This document shows, piece after piece, positions 1 to 8,683 of a stretch of DNA of 64,000 nucleotides. Origin of the DNA: an uncultured Bacilli bacterium (lineage in GTDB: Bacteria > Bacillota_I > Bacilli_A > RFN20 > CAG-288); NCBI GenBank assembly GCA_944371605.1, contig CALVXU010000015.1, forward strand, positions 9,686 through 73,685, in the 5' to 3' direction. Each line of letters starts with the position of its first letter. Within the stretch, counting starts at the first letter, position 1. The translations under genes and the position numbers were made by a program. Under the pieces are notes generated by a model, which saw only the letters and a list, made by a program, of their open reading frames with translations, did no database searches and had not been told where the DNA came from.

Positions 1-567
1 GTGCATTTTGCAGCACCGCCATATACTTCACAAAAAGTTATCGACAAGATTCATGATTTATTAAAAGTATTGACTGATTATCAACCTAGCATCAAATTAT
101 ATATCGTTCCATTCACTGAATTAGAAAAAAGCATCTATGAAATTGCAGGCCCTAGCTATTGCGTGACTATCATGCGCCGAATGATGTTAAGAATCGCTGA
201 GAGATTAGCTTATCAACACAATTGCTTAGTCGTCTCTGGCGGTGAATCAATCGGTCAAGTAGCCTCCCAAACTCTTCATTCTATGAAAGTGATTGAAGAA
301 GTTGGTTCTTTGCCATTTATCAGACCGTTAGCCACTTATGATAAAACAGAAATTATCGCATTAGCTAAAAAGATTGGTACTTATGACATCTCCATAAGAC
401 CTTTTGAAGATTGTTGCACAATTTTCACATTGAAAGATCCGGTAACACATCCAAACTCCGAAAAAGTTAAAGAGATTGAAAGCAGATTAGATTATCAAAA
501 AATGATTTTAGATTGTGTAAAAAATGTTGAAGTCCAGTACATCACTGATGAGGAAGAAGAGTTTTAA
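1..567 (+). CDS. thiI: tRNA 4-thiouridine synthase ThiI, C-terminal part (5' end outside the window)
   Basis: The frame is open from position 1, so the leading GTG is only the window edge. The translation contains VVSGGESIGQVASQTLHSM and RPFEDCCTIF, collinear with the C-terminal half of ThiI-family proteins. Confidence 0.85.
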   Translation: MHFAAPPYTSQKVIDKIHDLLKVLTDYQPSIKLYIVPFTELEKSIYEIAGPSYCVTIMRRMMLRIAERLAYQHNCLVVSGGESIGQVASQTLHSMKVIEEVGSLPFIRPLATYDKTEIIALAKKIGTYDISIRPFEDCCTIFTLKDPVTHPNSEKVKEIESRLDYQKMILDCVKNVEVQYITDEEEEF

Positions 568-1213
568 CTAGCCATAAGGGCTTTACTTCAAAACTACTTT
601 TCTGCAATTTAGCTTCTTTAGGAAAAACCAGCTTATAAGCGTTCAGATACATTCTTTTAGCGATATCATCGCTATACTTTTTATCTCCTATGAGAGTTAG
701 TCCTAAAGAACTGATGGCGATTCTTATTTGGTTTCTTCGCCCAGTAAAGATTTCGATATCTAAAGCTGTCCCAATATTTATATAATTATTGGCTTTTATA
801 CTAGTGATCGCTTCTTTTCCAATCTTTTTATCTTTAGTCACAAACACTTGATGACTTTTGTTCATGGCTAAGTACTGTTTAACTAAATATTCTTTACCGA
901 GCGGGACTTTTTCTTTGACAACTGCTTCATAATATCGTTTGACAGCTCTAGATTCAAAAATAGATTGCAAACGTTCTTTGATAGAAAAAGATTTTGCAAA
1001 GATCAAAATACCTGAAGTATCAAAATCTAAGCGATGAACAATGAATAGATTTTCATGTCTAGCCATTTGTCTTTCTTTTAAAAAATGGTAAGCATTATAT
1101 GAAAAAGTCTTCTTATCATCGGTGCGTATGGTCAAAAGATGATAAGGCTTATAAATGACGATGATATCTTTATCTTCATATAAGATAGGGATTTCTAAAC
1201 GTTTTTTACTCAT
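542..1213 (-). CDS. RluA-family pseudouridine synthase
   Basis: Contains HRLDFDTSGILIFAK (RluA-type catalytic Asp motif) and the N-terminal ILYEDKDIIVIYKP. I moved the start from the track position 1252 to the ATG at 1213 (MSKKRLEIP...), because 1228-1250 forms a terminator hairpin for the upstream tRNAs. No clear SD is present, so the start is uncertain. Confidence 0.8.
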   Translation of the reverse strand: MSKKRLEIPILYEDKDIIVIYKPYHLLTIRTDDKKTFSYNAYHFLKERQMARHENLFIVHRLDFDTSGILIFAKSFSIKERLQSIFESRAVKRYYEAVVKEKVPLGKEYLVKQYLAMNKSHQVFVTKDKKIGKEAITSIKANNYINIGTALDIEIFTGRRNQIRIAISSLGLTLIGDKKYSDDIAKRMYLNAYKLVFPKEAKLQKSSFEVKPLWLVKTLLPHQ

Positions 1214-1227
1214 ATTGTTAAAGTAAC

Positions 1228-1250
1228 AAAAAAGCTCGACTTTGTCGAGC
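1228..1250 (-). terminator. Rho-independent terminator after the tRNA pair
   Basis: The minus strand reads GCTCGAC-AAA-GTCGAGC followed by TTTTTTG, a 7-bp GC-rich stem plus a T-run immediately 3' of the tRNA at 1267. Confidence 0.6.
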
Positions 1251-1266
1251 ATATTATCTTGTCAAT

Positions 1267-1340
1267 TGGATCAAACAGGACTTGAACCTGTAACGCCACG
1301 GTTATGGGCCGTGTACTCTAACCAATTGAGCTATTGATCC
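1267..1340 (-). tRNA. tRNA with CAU anticodon, Ile2 (lysidine)-like, with unusual C33
   Basis: The reverse complement GGATCAATAGCTCAATTGGTTAGAGTACACGGCCCATAACCGTGGCGTTACAGGTTCAAGTCCTGTTTGATCCA folds as a cloverleaf. Acceptor is GGATCAA/TTGATCC, D stem GCTC/GAGT, anticodon stem CACGG/CCGTG, loop CCCATAA, T stem ACAGG/CCTGT with loop TTCAAGT. G1-C72 is paired, so it is not an initiator. The anticodon arm resembles Firmicute tRNA-Ile2. The isotype (Ile2 versus Met) cannot be settled from sequence alone. Confidence 0.85.
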
Positions 1341-1349
1341 AAATATTAA

Positions 1350-1423
1350 TGGCTGTGAGGAGATTCGAACTCTTGACATATCGGGTATGAACCGAGCGCT
1401 CTAGCCAACTGAGCTACACAGCC
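1350..1423 (-). tRNA. tRNA-Met (CAU), elongator type
   Basis: The reverse complement GGCTGTGTAGCTCAGTTGGCTAGAGCGCTCGGTTCATACCCGATATGTCAAGAGTTCGAATCTCCTCACAGCCA folds as a cloverleaf. Acceptor is GGCTGTG/CACAGCC, D stem GCTC/GAGC, anticodon loop TTCATAC, T loop TTCGAAT. Confidence 0.85.
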
Positions 1424-1439
1424 AAATAACGCAAAAGAA

Positions 1440-1468
1440 ATATTACAAAATTCACGTTAAAAATGCAA
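1440..1468 (-). promoter_or_regulatory. Sigma-70-type promoter for the tRNA pair
   Basis: The minus strand reads TTGCAT, a 17-nt spacer, then TAATAT. The -10 element ends about 16 nt upstream of the first tRNA 5' end (1423). Confidence 0.5.
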
Positions 1469-1651
1469 GTGTTTTTCTTCTATTTTCAATTCTTACTTGA
1501 TTAAATTATAAAGATATTAGTAATTATCTGCATCTTTTTAAAATAATGCATGCATTATTTTAATATTCAATGGCCAGCTGGATTATTTTGTGTCGTATTT
1601 GATCCTGCCCTGACGAGACCTCATTTAACTATCAGTAGTTAAAACAATATA

Positions 1652-2485
1652 TTAATTGCCTTTTAAGGCCTCATCTTTAGAAATGCCTAAAATATAGTTA
1701 TCAAAAAGATATTTACTTCGAACAGAGATCTCTATAATGCACCCATCTATGCTGAACTCTTGTTCATCATGTTCTATCAATTTATTATCTTTTATTTCGG
1801 TGTAATAAGCAGTTTCATATGTTTTTACTGCGTATGGATCTTTAGTATTAGCTAATGAAGGTGCGTCATAAAATCGTATAAGCATTAAATCAATTGAAGT
1901 ATATCTTGATAATATTAAATCAAAATCAAAATTTTCTAAAACATTCCCAAAATATGATAATGGTATTAAATAGTCATAAGATGAATAATCCGTAAATTCT
2001 GTTGAAATAAATTTCACTTTGCTTTCATCAACAATTGGGACAGTTCGTAAAGCTCTGCCATTTCTAGTAAAGATAAGATATCCGTTGTTAAAATCTGATT
2101 CAGGATATAACATCCCGTCTTCATCTATTGAAAACGCAAAGCGCAAAAGATCTGCATATAACAGATTATCATCAACATCTAATGTCTCTTTTAGTGTATT
2201 ATAAGTTAGTTTTTTAAAGAAAGTATTAATATTATTACCAGTATATAATTCAGTATTATAGATATATTGTTGTTCATATAAATAATTAGAGACAGGGACA
2301 CCAACTCCAACACCTATAGAACTGATGATGACTACAATAACTAGCATCCAATATTTAAGTTTTGGAGAATGATGTGTTTTTTCACAATGTGGAAGATATA
2401 AGTAATGATATAACAAAAATATAACCGCTAATATTCCTATTGTGACTAATGGGAGCGCTATCCAAAAACTAGATGGTACATTCAT
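1652..2485 (-). CDS. Hypothetical membrane protein (two N-terminal TM helices)
   Basis: Long ORF with hydrophobic segments FWIALPLVTIGILAVIFLLY and YWMLVIVVIISSIGVGVGV. I moved the start from the track GTG (2494) to the ATG at 2485, which lies 5 nt downstream of GAGGTGA. I recognised no family. Confidence 0.6.
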   Translation of the reverse strand: MNVPSSFWIALPLVTIGILAVIFLLYHYLYLPHCEKTHHSPKLKYWMLVIVVIISSIGVGVGVPVSNYLYEQQYIYNTELYTGNNINTFFKKLTYNTLKETLDVDDNLLYADLLRFAFSIDEDGMLYPESDFNNGYLIFTRNGRALRTVPIVDESKVKFISTEFTDYSSYDYLIPLSYFGNVLENFDFDLILSRYTSIDLMLIRFYDAPSLANTKDPYAVKTYETAYYTEIKDNKLIEHDEQEFSIDGCIIEISVRSKYLFDNYILGISKDEALKGN

Positions 2486-2490
2486 AAAAT

Positions 2491-2601
2491 TCACCTCATT
2501 AAATTATCAGGCGAATCTACAAAAAACGATACCTGTTTATCAGAAAGACAAGAAAATAAAGATAACAATAATGCAAATAAACAAAAACTTGTTTTGAACA
2601 T
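2491..2601 (-). CDS. Possible 36-aa small ORF with a lipoprotein-like signal peptide (below the track threshold)
   Basis: ATG at 2601 is preceded by AAAGGTGAT 6 nt upstream. It translates to MFKTSFCLFALLLSLFSCLSDKQVSFFVDSPDNLMR, with a lipobox-like LFSC. Its TGA stop (2491-2493) lies inside the GAGGTGA SD of the downstream gene. Confidence 0.35.
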   Translation of the reverse strand: MFKTSFCLFALLLSLFSCLSDKQVSFFVDSPDNLMR

Positions 2602-2711
2602 AATATCACCTTTTCCTTTTCTATTTTAATTATAGAATTTTAATTTTTTTATGTCAAAAAAATATAACATGCCATAATAGACACATATAGAAATAAATAT
2701 AAATATATAAA

Positions 2712-2740
2712 TTGACCTAAAGTTAGGTTTAGGTTATAAA
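2712..2740 (+). promoter_or_regulatory. Sigma-70-type promoter upstream of the alcohol dehydrogenase gene
   Basis: TTGACC (2712-2717), a 17-nt spacer, then TATAAA (2735-2740). Confidence 0.45.
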
Positions 2741-2787
2741 ATATTTAATATAGGGAGGAAGTGTGAAATATCACACTGAAATAGAAC

Positions 2788-3948
2788 ATGAACTTTGATT
2801 TTACATTTTACAATCCGACAATAATTCATTTTGGAAAAAACAGTCTAAATGCCTTGCATGAAGAACTAAAAAAATATGGTCAGAATGTTTTGCTAGTCTA
2901 CGGAGGCGGTTCAATTAAACAAATCGGTGTTTATGATAAAGTTGTCAAAATTCTTAATGATGAAAGAAAAAATATTTTTGAATGCAGTGGAATCACTCCA
3001 AATCCTAAATTGACTGATATGCTCAGAGGAGTAAGAATGATTGAAGATCATCATATCGATTTGATTTTAGCTGTAGGAGGCGGTTCAGTCATCGATTGTG
3101 CTAAGGGCATGAGTGTCTCTGTTGGTATTAAAGATCCTTTTAAAACTCTATGGCTTGATCAAAAAGAAGTTACTAAAAATAACGTTCCTGTCGGCTCTAT
3201 TTTGACGATGGTCGGAACAGGAAGCGAGTTTAATGGTGGCAGTGTCATCACTGATGAAGAACATAAAATAAAGATAGGTCGTGTGTTTCCAAGTCACGTC
3301 AATCCAAAATTTTCAATTTTAAACCCTGAATTCACCTATACAGTAAGTGAATATCAAATGGTCAGTGGCATTTTTGATATCTTCTCACATCTAATGGAAC
3401 AATATTTTTCTGGTCAAGACGATAATGTCAGCGATTATTTGATAGAAGGCTTGATGAAAAGTTTGATAGTTTCTACCAAAAAAGCCTTGATTAATAAAGA
3501 AGATTACGAAGCGAGATCTAATATTATGTGGGCAGCTAGTTTAGCTTTAAATACACTGGTCGGAAAAGGAAAAGAACAAGATTGGGAAGTTCATAACATC
3601 GAACATCAACTCGGAGCATATACTGATTGTGCACATGGCATGGGATTAGCTGCGATTAGTGTTCCTTATTATCGCCATATTTACAAGTATGGTTTAGATA
3701 AATTTGTGAGATTTGCCAAAAACATTTGGAATGTTGACAGCAGCAATAAAACCAAAGAAGAAATTGCTTTAGCGGGAATTAAAGCTTTAGAAGATTTCAT
3801 CAAAGAATCTCATATGATCAGTCATATTAAAGATTTAGGTGCGACTGAAGAGATGCTAAAAGACATCGCTTATAGTTCGGCTGAATGGGGAGGATATAAA
3901 AAATTAACCCATGAAGAGATTTATGAGATATTAAAAGAGGCATACTAA
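2788..3948 (+). CDS. Iron-containing (group III) alcohol dehydrogenase, butanol-dehydrogenase-like
   Basis: 386 aa with LLVYGGGSIK, LAVGGGSVIDCAKG and the His-rich metal region (VHNIEHQLGAYTDCAHGMGLA) typical of Fe-ADH family proteins. Confidence 0.9.
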   Translation: MNFDFTFYNPTIIHFGKNSLNALHEELKKYGQNVLLVYGGGSIKQIGVYDKVVKILNDERKNIFECSGITPNPKLTDMLRGVRMIEDHHIDLILAVGGGSVIDCAKGMSVSVGIKDPFKTLWLDQKEVTKNNVPVGSILTMVGTGSEFNGGSVITDEEHKIKIGRVFPSHVNPKFSILNPEFTYTVSEYQMVSGIFDIFSHLMEQYFSGQDDNVSDYLIEGLMKSLIVSTKKALINKEDYEARSNIMWAASLALNTLVGKGKEQDWEVHNIEHQLGAYTDCAHGMGLAAISVPYYRHIYKYGLDKFVRFAKNIWNVDSSNKTKEEIALAGIKALEDFIKESHMISHIKDLGATEEMLKDIAYSSAEWGGYKKLTHEEIYEILKEAY

Positions 3949-4289
3949 CGAAAGTATTAATTTTGAAAGTGGTTTTTACACGTTCATGCATCTATTCTTT
4001 TATTATCGCGCTAAAATCTATCAACCTAAAAAACATCTATGATGCTTCTACATAGAAATCTTAGTGTGTTTACCTATGACTATTGTGCCATCGATATATT
4101 CGTATTCAAAAAAATAATAATTAGATTTAACTAAAATACTTAATATTGATTTGTTATATCGTTTCTACTTGGAATGATGATATAACAATGAAAACTTCTA
4201 AACAATGCGATCGGCTTATTATCTTCAATACACATATCAAATGCTGTAGTAGAATGACCTCTATTTTGCAAAATCCATACTACACAAAT

Positions 4290-4342
4290 AAAAAGCTGCC
4301 GTTTTTATAAGTTAACGTCAACTTATAAAAGTTGCAGCTTTT
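4290..4342. terminator. Long hairpin, probable bidirectional terminator
   Basis: AAAAGCTGC (4291-4299) pairs with GCAGCTTTT (4334-4342), and an inner palindrome TATAAGTT-AACGTC-AACTTATA lies between them. T-rich sequence follows on both strands. It sits 30 nt 3' of the minus-strand gene ending at 4374. Confidence 0.6.
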
Positions 4343-4373
4343 CTTTTATATATGGATTGTAATAATTAGTTGA

Positions 4374-5852
4374 TTAAAGAGTGATACCTTCGACATCAGA
4401 ACCAGAGATACGACCTTCAGAAATAGCAGTATTGATCAATGTTTTGAGTTCAGCATTCTCTGCTTCAGCGATAATAATAGTGTTTTCACCATAAATAGCT
4501 GTACCAACATTTCCTTCAAAAACGATGTCTTGCCAATCAGTGTCGTCATTTGTCATAGAATCGGTATCAACACAAGCTAAAGATGAACCGCCATCCCAAG
4601 TGCTAGTATTGTAAGTATTATTTAGGAATTTAATGTTATGTAAATCACCACATAAAGTGACTCCGCTGACACCGAAAGTAGTGTTGAATTCACTATTAGA
4701 AATGGTCACATTTGAAACAGGAGAAGATGGATTATCACCAATGCTAGCACCAGTCAAATTGATAGGTCTAGTTGTAGTGATGTGATCGATAGTGATGGAG
4801 CCAGTATTTCCGCCATCAACCCAAATCGAATGACCTAATTGATTTCCAGTACCTTTGAAAGTGACATTAGAAATCTCTACATCGCCAACACCAGGATGAA
4901 TATAAATACCAAGTGGTCTTGAGGAAGCATCAGGTGCATTATCAGTTCCTTCGATGACTACATTCTTAATAGTGACATCAGTGACACCATTAGATAAATC
5001 AAAACTGGTGTGAGTCCCAACAGAAGTCTTGAAAGTAGCACCATTACCATCGATGGTAACACCGCTCTTCATTTGAACAGGCTGATCGACGACAACGCTC
5101 GGAGATAAAGTGATGACATCTCCAGCTTCAGCTTCAGCATAAGCTTCTAAGAACTCTTCTTCAGTAGCGATAGGATATGTCGCTTCCTCAGTAGCTTGCT
5201 TTGCCCTCATGTTGAAGTCAATCTTGAAGTTTTGATTGATGAAATCATTACCTGCAGTAGGGAGCATATGAATACCTAAAGCTAAATAATGAGTCTGATG
5301 AGCCTGTAAAGTGGTATAAGCATTATCAGCTTCTCCTTGAACATAATGTTGTTCACTGAGTGGTAAAACACCCGTGAAGCTATGTAGCTCAGGATATTTA
5401 TCACCATAATCAGCAAAGCCGCTATCATCAGCAGCTGTCCATGAATTGAAGACAGAAGCTTCATCATTGATGCCATATGAATAAATCATTCCGAATTCGA
5501 AGGCTTCTTCTAAAGAAGTAGAACCAGTGAAATCATAGACATTGACATCGATCATATAATTTAAGGCATAGTCACCATTATTGGTGAACGCTAAATAGAC
5601 GATTTCATAATCATCAGGGCCCCAAAGTTTATCAGCATCAAATAATTTCACATCTTCAGCTTCAGCATTGATATATTCGCTAGTAGCGACATCATATTTC
5701 TTTAACTCTAAATCAAAGTTACCAGTTTTAATGTTGTTATCAACATTAGAAGCAGTATCAGTGAACCAAGCATAAGAGGTGCCAATCAAAGCACCAGCAC
5801 ATAAAACTAAACTAGCGGCACAAACGATTAAACCAGACTTTTTACCTTTCAT
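4374..5852 (-). CDS. Secreted TasA/camelysin-like protein with SipW-type signal peptide and C-terminal right-handed beta-helix repeats
   Basis: The N-terminus MKGKKSGLIVCAASLVLCAGALIGTSYAWFTDTASN...GNFDLEL matches the SipW-cognate signal/TasA pattern (GT.A.F.D....G..dL). The C-terminal half carries repeated beta-helix-like strands (TIDGNGATF, VTIKNVVIEG, VEISNVTFKG, VTISNSEF). I chose the start at the third ATG (5852), 8 nt after GGAGGT, which matches the paralog N-terminus. Confidence 0.75.
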   Translation of the reverse strand: MKGKKSGLIVCAASLVLCAGALIGTSYAWFTDTASNVDNNIKTGNFDLELKKYDVATSEYINAEAEDVKLFDADKLWGPDDYEIVYLAFTNNGDYALNYMIDVNVYDFTGSTSLEEAFEFGMIYSYGINDEASVFNSWTAADDSGFADYGDKYPELHSFTGVLPLSEQHYVQGEADNAYTTLQAHQTHYLALGIHMLPTAGNDFINQNFKIDFNMRAKQATEEATYPIATEEEFLEAYAEAEAGDVITLSPSVVVDQPVQMKSGVTIDGNGATFKTSVGTHTSFDLSNGVTDVTIKNVVIEGTDNAPDASSRPLGIYIHPGVGDVEISNVTFKGTGNQLGHSIWVDGGNTGSITIDHITTTRPINLTGASIGDNPSSPVSNVTISNSEFNTTFGVSGVTLCGDLHNIKFLNNTYNTSTWDGGSSLACVDTDSMTNDDTDWQDIVFEGNVGTAIYGENTIIIAEAENAELKTLINTAISEGRISGSDVEGITL

Positions 5853-6573
5853 TTTCATTACCTCCATTTGAATCGTTTTCTTTTTCTATACTTTTATTTT
5901 GTACTCTTTTTAATTCTTCAATTTCATTTTTAAGGCGCTTGTTTTCTTCTAATGCCTTATCTCTAGCATCAGCGATACTTTTTTTATCTGTACCTTTTTC
6001 CTTCCGATATTCTTTCAATAGGACGATAAAATAATAGCCGTTGATACCGATAAGACATACGAGCGGTAACAATATACAAGTGCAGTACCCTGTTGGTGAT
6101 TTCATGAATTCATAGAAATAACCACCTTCCGACCACTTTCCAGAATAAGTTCCTATGACATCACTAGCTAGACACGGATATTCATCATCTACGCCAGTAG
6201 CAAGTCCATAGGTGATATAAGCAGGCTGGTCATTATATGTTGTTTCTTCTCTGATACAATGAGTGATGGTCTCCCCATAAGTATCTGGATCTGAAGAGAT
6301 AAACGTGATGATAGTGCCAGGCATTAACTCCGTCTTTTCATCTTCATCTAAAGTCTTGACAAAGATGATATCTCCAGCATTGAAAGTGCCATGCATAGAA
6401 TCAGTTTGAATCGCATACATTTTATAACCGAATAATGAAGAGTTCTCTTTGCCGACGACAGTTATAGAAACGATGACAAAAACCACCATCAACAAGGTGA
6501 AAGCTAATACTAATCCAGTAAAAACTTTCGATACGATATTCAGAACTTTTTTTACTTTAACCGGGATAGACAT
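5842..6573 (-). CDS. sipW: Signal peptidase I, SipW (ER/archaeal) type, with C-terminal TM and coiled-coil tail
   Basis: QTDSMHGTFNAGDIIFVK (catalytic Ser box) and GETITHCIRE (His box), with one N-terminal TM and a second TM near residue 170. The gene sits between TasA-like genes, as in tapA-sipW-tasA operons. The start is ambiguous between the ATG at 6573 and the track TTG at 6588. Confidence 0.8.
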   Translation of the reverse strand: MSIPVKVKKVLNIVSKVFTGLVLAFTLLMVVFVIVSITVVGKENSSLFGYKMYAIQTDSMHGTFNAGDIIFVKTLDEDEKTELMPGTIITFISSDPDTYGETITHCIREETTYNDQPAYITYGLATGVDDEYPCLASDVIGTYSGKWSEGGYFYEFMKSPTGYCTCILLPLVCLIGINGYYFIVLLKEYRKEKGTDKKSIADARDKALEENKRLKNEIEELKRVQNKSIEKENDSNGGNENER

Positions 6574-6590
6574 CTTTTGACAAAACAAGA

Positions 6591-8015
6591 TTAATCAGTA
6601 GTTGTCTTCAAATATTCAACATCGGAACCAGTGATTTGGCCAGCATCAACAGCAGCGACAACTGCAGTTCTAGCATCATCGTTATAGAAGAAAAGCATTT
6701 CACCACTAGCATCTTCCTTTGATGGTTTATTACCTTCAAAAACAACATTTTCAAAACTCAAAGGATAGTCAGTGCTAAATCTAGCTAAACCAGCACTTGT
6801 GCCTTGATTATAAGTATTGTTTAAAACACTTAAGTTTTTGATATTACCAGTGATAGTCAAGCCGAATACATCCCAATAAGAATTTGTGAACGTATTGTTT
6901 TGGATAATAACATCGCTTAAGACTCCAACATTACCATGAATATTTATCGGTCTTTGGATAGTAGAATTTTGAATGACGACAGGGCCATTGGCAGTTCCAC
7001 CATTGATCCAAATAGAATGAGCCATGCTACTGCTGCTACCAGTAAATGTACAATTGTCAACGATTAATCCATTGGTATTAGATTCAGTAGTGATGGCATA
7101 TTTTTTATTGTTCCCTTGGCCGACAAAATTTATGCCAGAGATAGTCAAACTGCTTCCGGAAGTCATATAGAATCCATTTTCAGCTCCGACTTCAACTGTC
7201 GCACCATTACCAATGATAGTGACATCTTTTTCAATTCTAACTTCGTGAGTCAATTCAGCATCAGGCGATAAAGTTAAAACATCACCATCTTCTAAACTAG
7301 CAAGAGCTTCAGTTAATTCTTCATCACTAGCGATTAAAGATTCATCAGTGACTGGAGGGAATTCACCCTTCTTTTGCTTAGCAGCAACATTCATATCGAT
7401 TTGAATAGCTTCACCAAAATAATTGCTATCTAACTTTTCACCAGGTAAGTGAAGAGCGATAGCAAAGAAAATACGGTCTCCAGCACTTATTTCATAAGAG
7501 CCATTTTGGAAAACATGTCCAAAAGGTAAAGTGAAAGCCTCAGTGGAACCATTCCAACTTAAAAAGCTGTCCCAAGAATACTTAGTATAATTGCCATCTG
7601 CAGTGAGATCATAAGCATAATCCATGTTGATGGAAGATTCTAAGATATCACTCAAATGATATTCATCACCATCATCATTAGGCTCAGTGATGTTAAAATC
7701 TAAACGGAAATCTAAATCGATAGTTCCAGTATTGACTAATGATAAATAGGCGACTTGATATTCATCACCTTGCCAATTGGTTCCCTCAAAAAGATGAACA
7801 CCATCAGTGGAGCCATCAGCATTTTCGGCAGGGACATATTTATCTTGTTCAGAATCATACTTTTCTAATTCGATGCCAAAAGTACCAGCTTGAATGATGT
7901 TACCGTTATTAGAAGCTGAATCAGAAAACCAAGCATAAGAAGTGCCGATTAAAGCACCAGCGCTTAAAACAATAGAAGCAGCACAAGCAATAAGACTAAA
8001 TTTTTTACCTTTCAT
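6591..8015 (-). CDS. Secreted TasA/camelysin-like protein with C-terminal beta-helix repeats (paralog of 4374-5852)
   Basis: MKGKKFSLIACAASIVLSAGALIGTSYAWFSDSASN...GTFGIELEKYD. The C-terminal repeats are VTIIGNGATVEV, LTISGINFVG, LIVDNCTFTG, VIIQNNTFTN. It is collinear with the 4374-5852 product, including the C-terminal G.I(S/T)GSDVE. Confidence 0.75.
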   Translation of the reverse strand: MKGKKFSLIACAASIVLSAGALIGTSYAWFSDSASNNGNIIQAGTFGIELEKYDSEQDKYVPAENADGSTDGVHLFEGTNWQGDEYQVAYLSLVNTGTIDLDFRLDFNITEPNDDGDEYHLSDILESSINMDYAYDLTADGNYTKYSWDSFLSWNGSTEAFTLPFGHVFQNGSYEISAGDRIFFAIALHLPGEKLDSNYFGEAIQIDMNVAAKQKKGEFPPVTDESLIASDEELTEALASLEDGDVLTLSPDAELTHEVRIEKDVTIIGNGATVEVGAENGFYMTSGSSLTISGINFVGQGNNKKYAITTESNTNGLIVDNCTFTGSSSSMAHSIWINGGTANGPVVIQNSTIQRPINIHGNVGVLSDVIIQNNTFTNSYWDVFGLTITGNIKNLSVLNNTYNQGTSAGLARFSTDYPLSFENVVFEGNKPSKEDASGEMLFFYNDDARTAVVAAVDAGQITGSDVEYLKTTTD

Positions 8016-8074
8016 TTTGAATTGCCTCTTTTCTATAAATAATTAAACAACACGATCACCACTGCTTTAATAAT

Positions 8075-8683
8075 TTATTCAGGGATGACTTGAACAGCCG
8101 TCACACTGATATCAAAACTGAGATCTGCATTCATAGCTAGATTATTGCTAGAATCATTGATAAATTCAGCTTTGATAACAAATTCTTGCTCGCTATTAGG
8201 TGCGATTGGCGTCTCAAACGAAAAATCTTTTTCATCTAATGCGAACTTCTCCACTTCTTCTCCAACAGTCAGAGTGATTTCAATCTGCTCTTGTAAAGCT
8301 TGAGCACTAGCTTTGTCTTCACCAAGAACGATATCTAAAAAGCTGATAGAATAAGTGAAGGCGATATCTCCAGTATTTTTTAAAAGAAGAGTTGATTCTT
8401 GATACATCCCTGGTAAATAACCTGTGATGTCAAAAATACTGGATTCATCTTTGGTTAAGTCGACATTCACTTCATCACTATAGGGTACAAAAGCATTATT
8501 TTCGTACTTTAATCCACTGACCTTAGTTTCGTAAAGCTCAGCTTTTAATTCCCCGGCAACCAAATGATTGTTTGTTTCTGTTTGAGAATTAAAAAGAGCA
8601 TAAGTAGCTAAAACTAGTCCACCTGCACTCGCTCCTAAAACCAAAACAGAAGCTACAATGCCTAAGATGAGTCTCTTTTTCAT
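8075..8683 (-). CDS. TasA/camelysin-like secreted protein (short form)
   Basis: MKKRLILGIVASVLVLGASAGGLVLATYALFNSQTETNNHLVAGELKAELYE matches the SipW-type signal/TasA N-terminal pattern. The remainder looks beta-rich. Confidence 0.7.
   Translation of the reverse strand: MKKRLILGIVASVLVLGASAGGLVLATYALFNSQTETNNHLVAGELKAELYETKVSGLKYENNAFVPYSDEVNVDLTKDESSIFDITGYLPGMYQESTLLLKNTGDIAFTYSISFLDIVLGEDKASAQALQEQIEITLTVGEEVEKFALDEKDFSFETPIAPNSEQEFVIKAEFINDSSNNLAMNADLSFDISVTAVQVIPE

Noticed and set aside
2761-2776. TGTGA-N4-TCACA palindrome as a CRP/FNR or Rex operator
   Set aside because: CRP/FNR and Rex consensus sites have 6 nt between TGTGA and TCACA, and this one has 4, so those regulators are not supported. 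I kept it only as an unassigned hairpin or operator in the findings.
3950-4290. Possible remnant of a GNAT-type acetyltransferase on the minus strand. The fragments read ...VWILQNRGHSTTAFDMCIEDNKPIALFRSF... and, in another frame, ...FEYEYIDGTIVIGKH...
   Set aside because: Only two short frame-shifted fragments exist, with weak resemblance to GNAT motif A and the C-terminus. There is no start and the 5' part is missing. This is too little to call a pseudogene with confidence, though the 420-nt gap with no ORF is compatible with gene decay.
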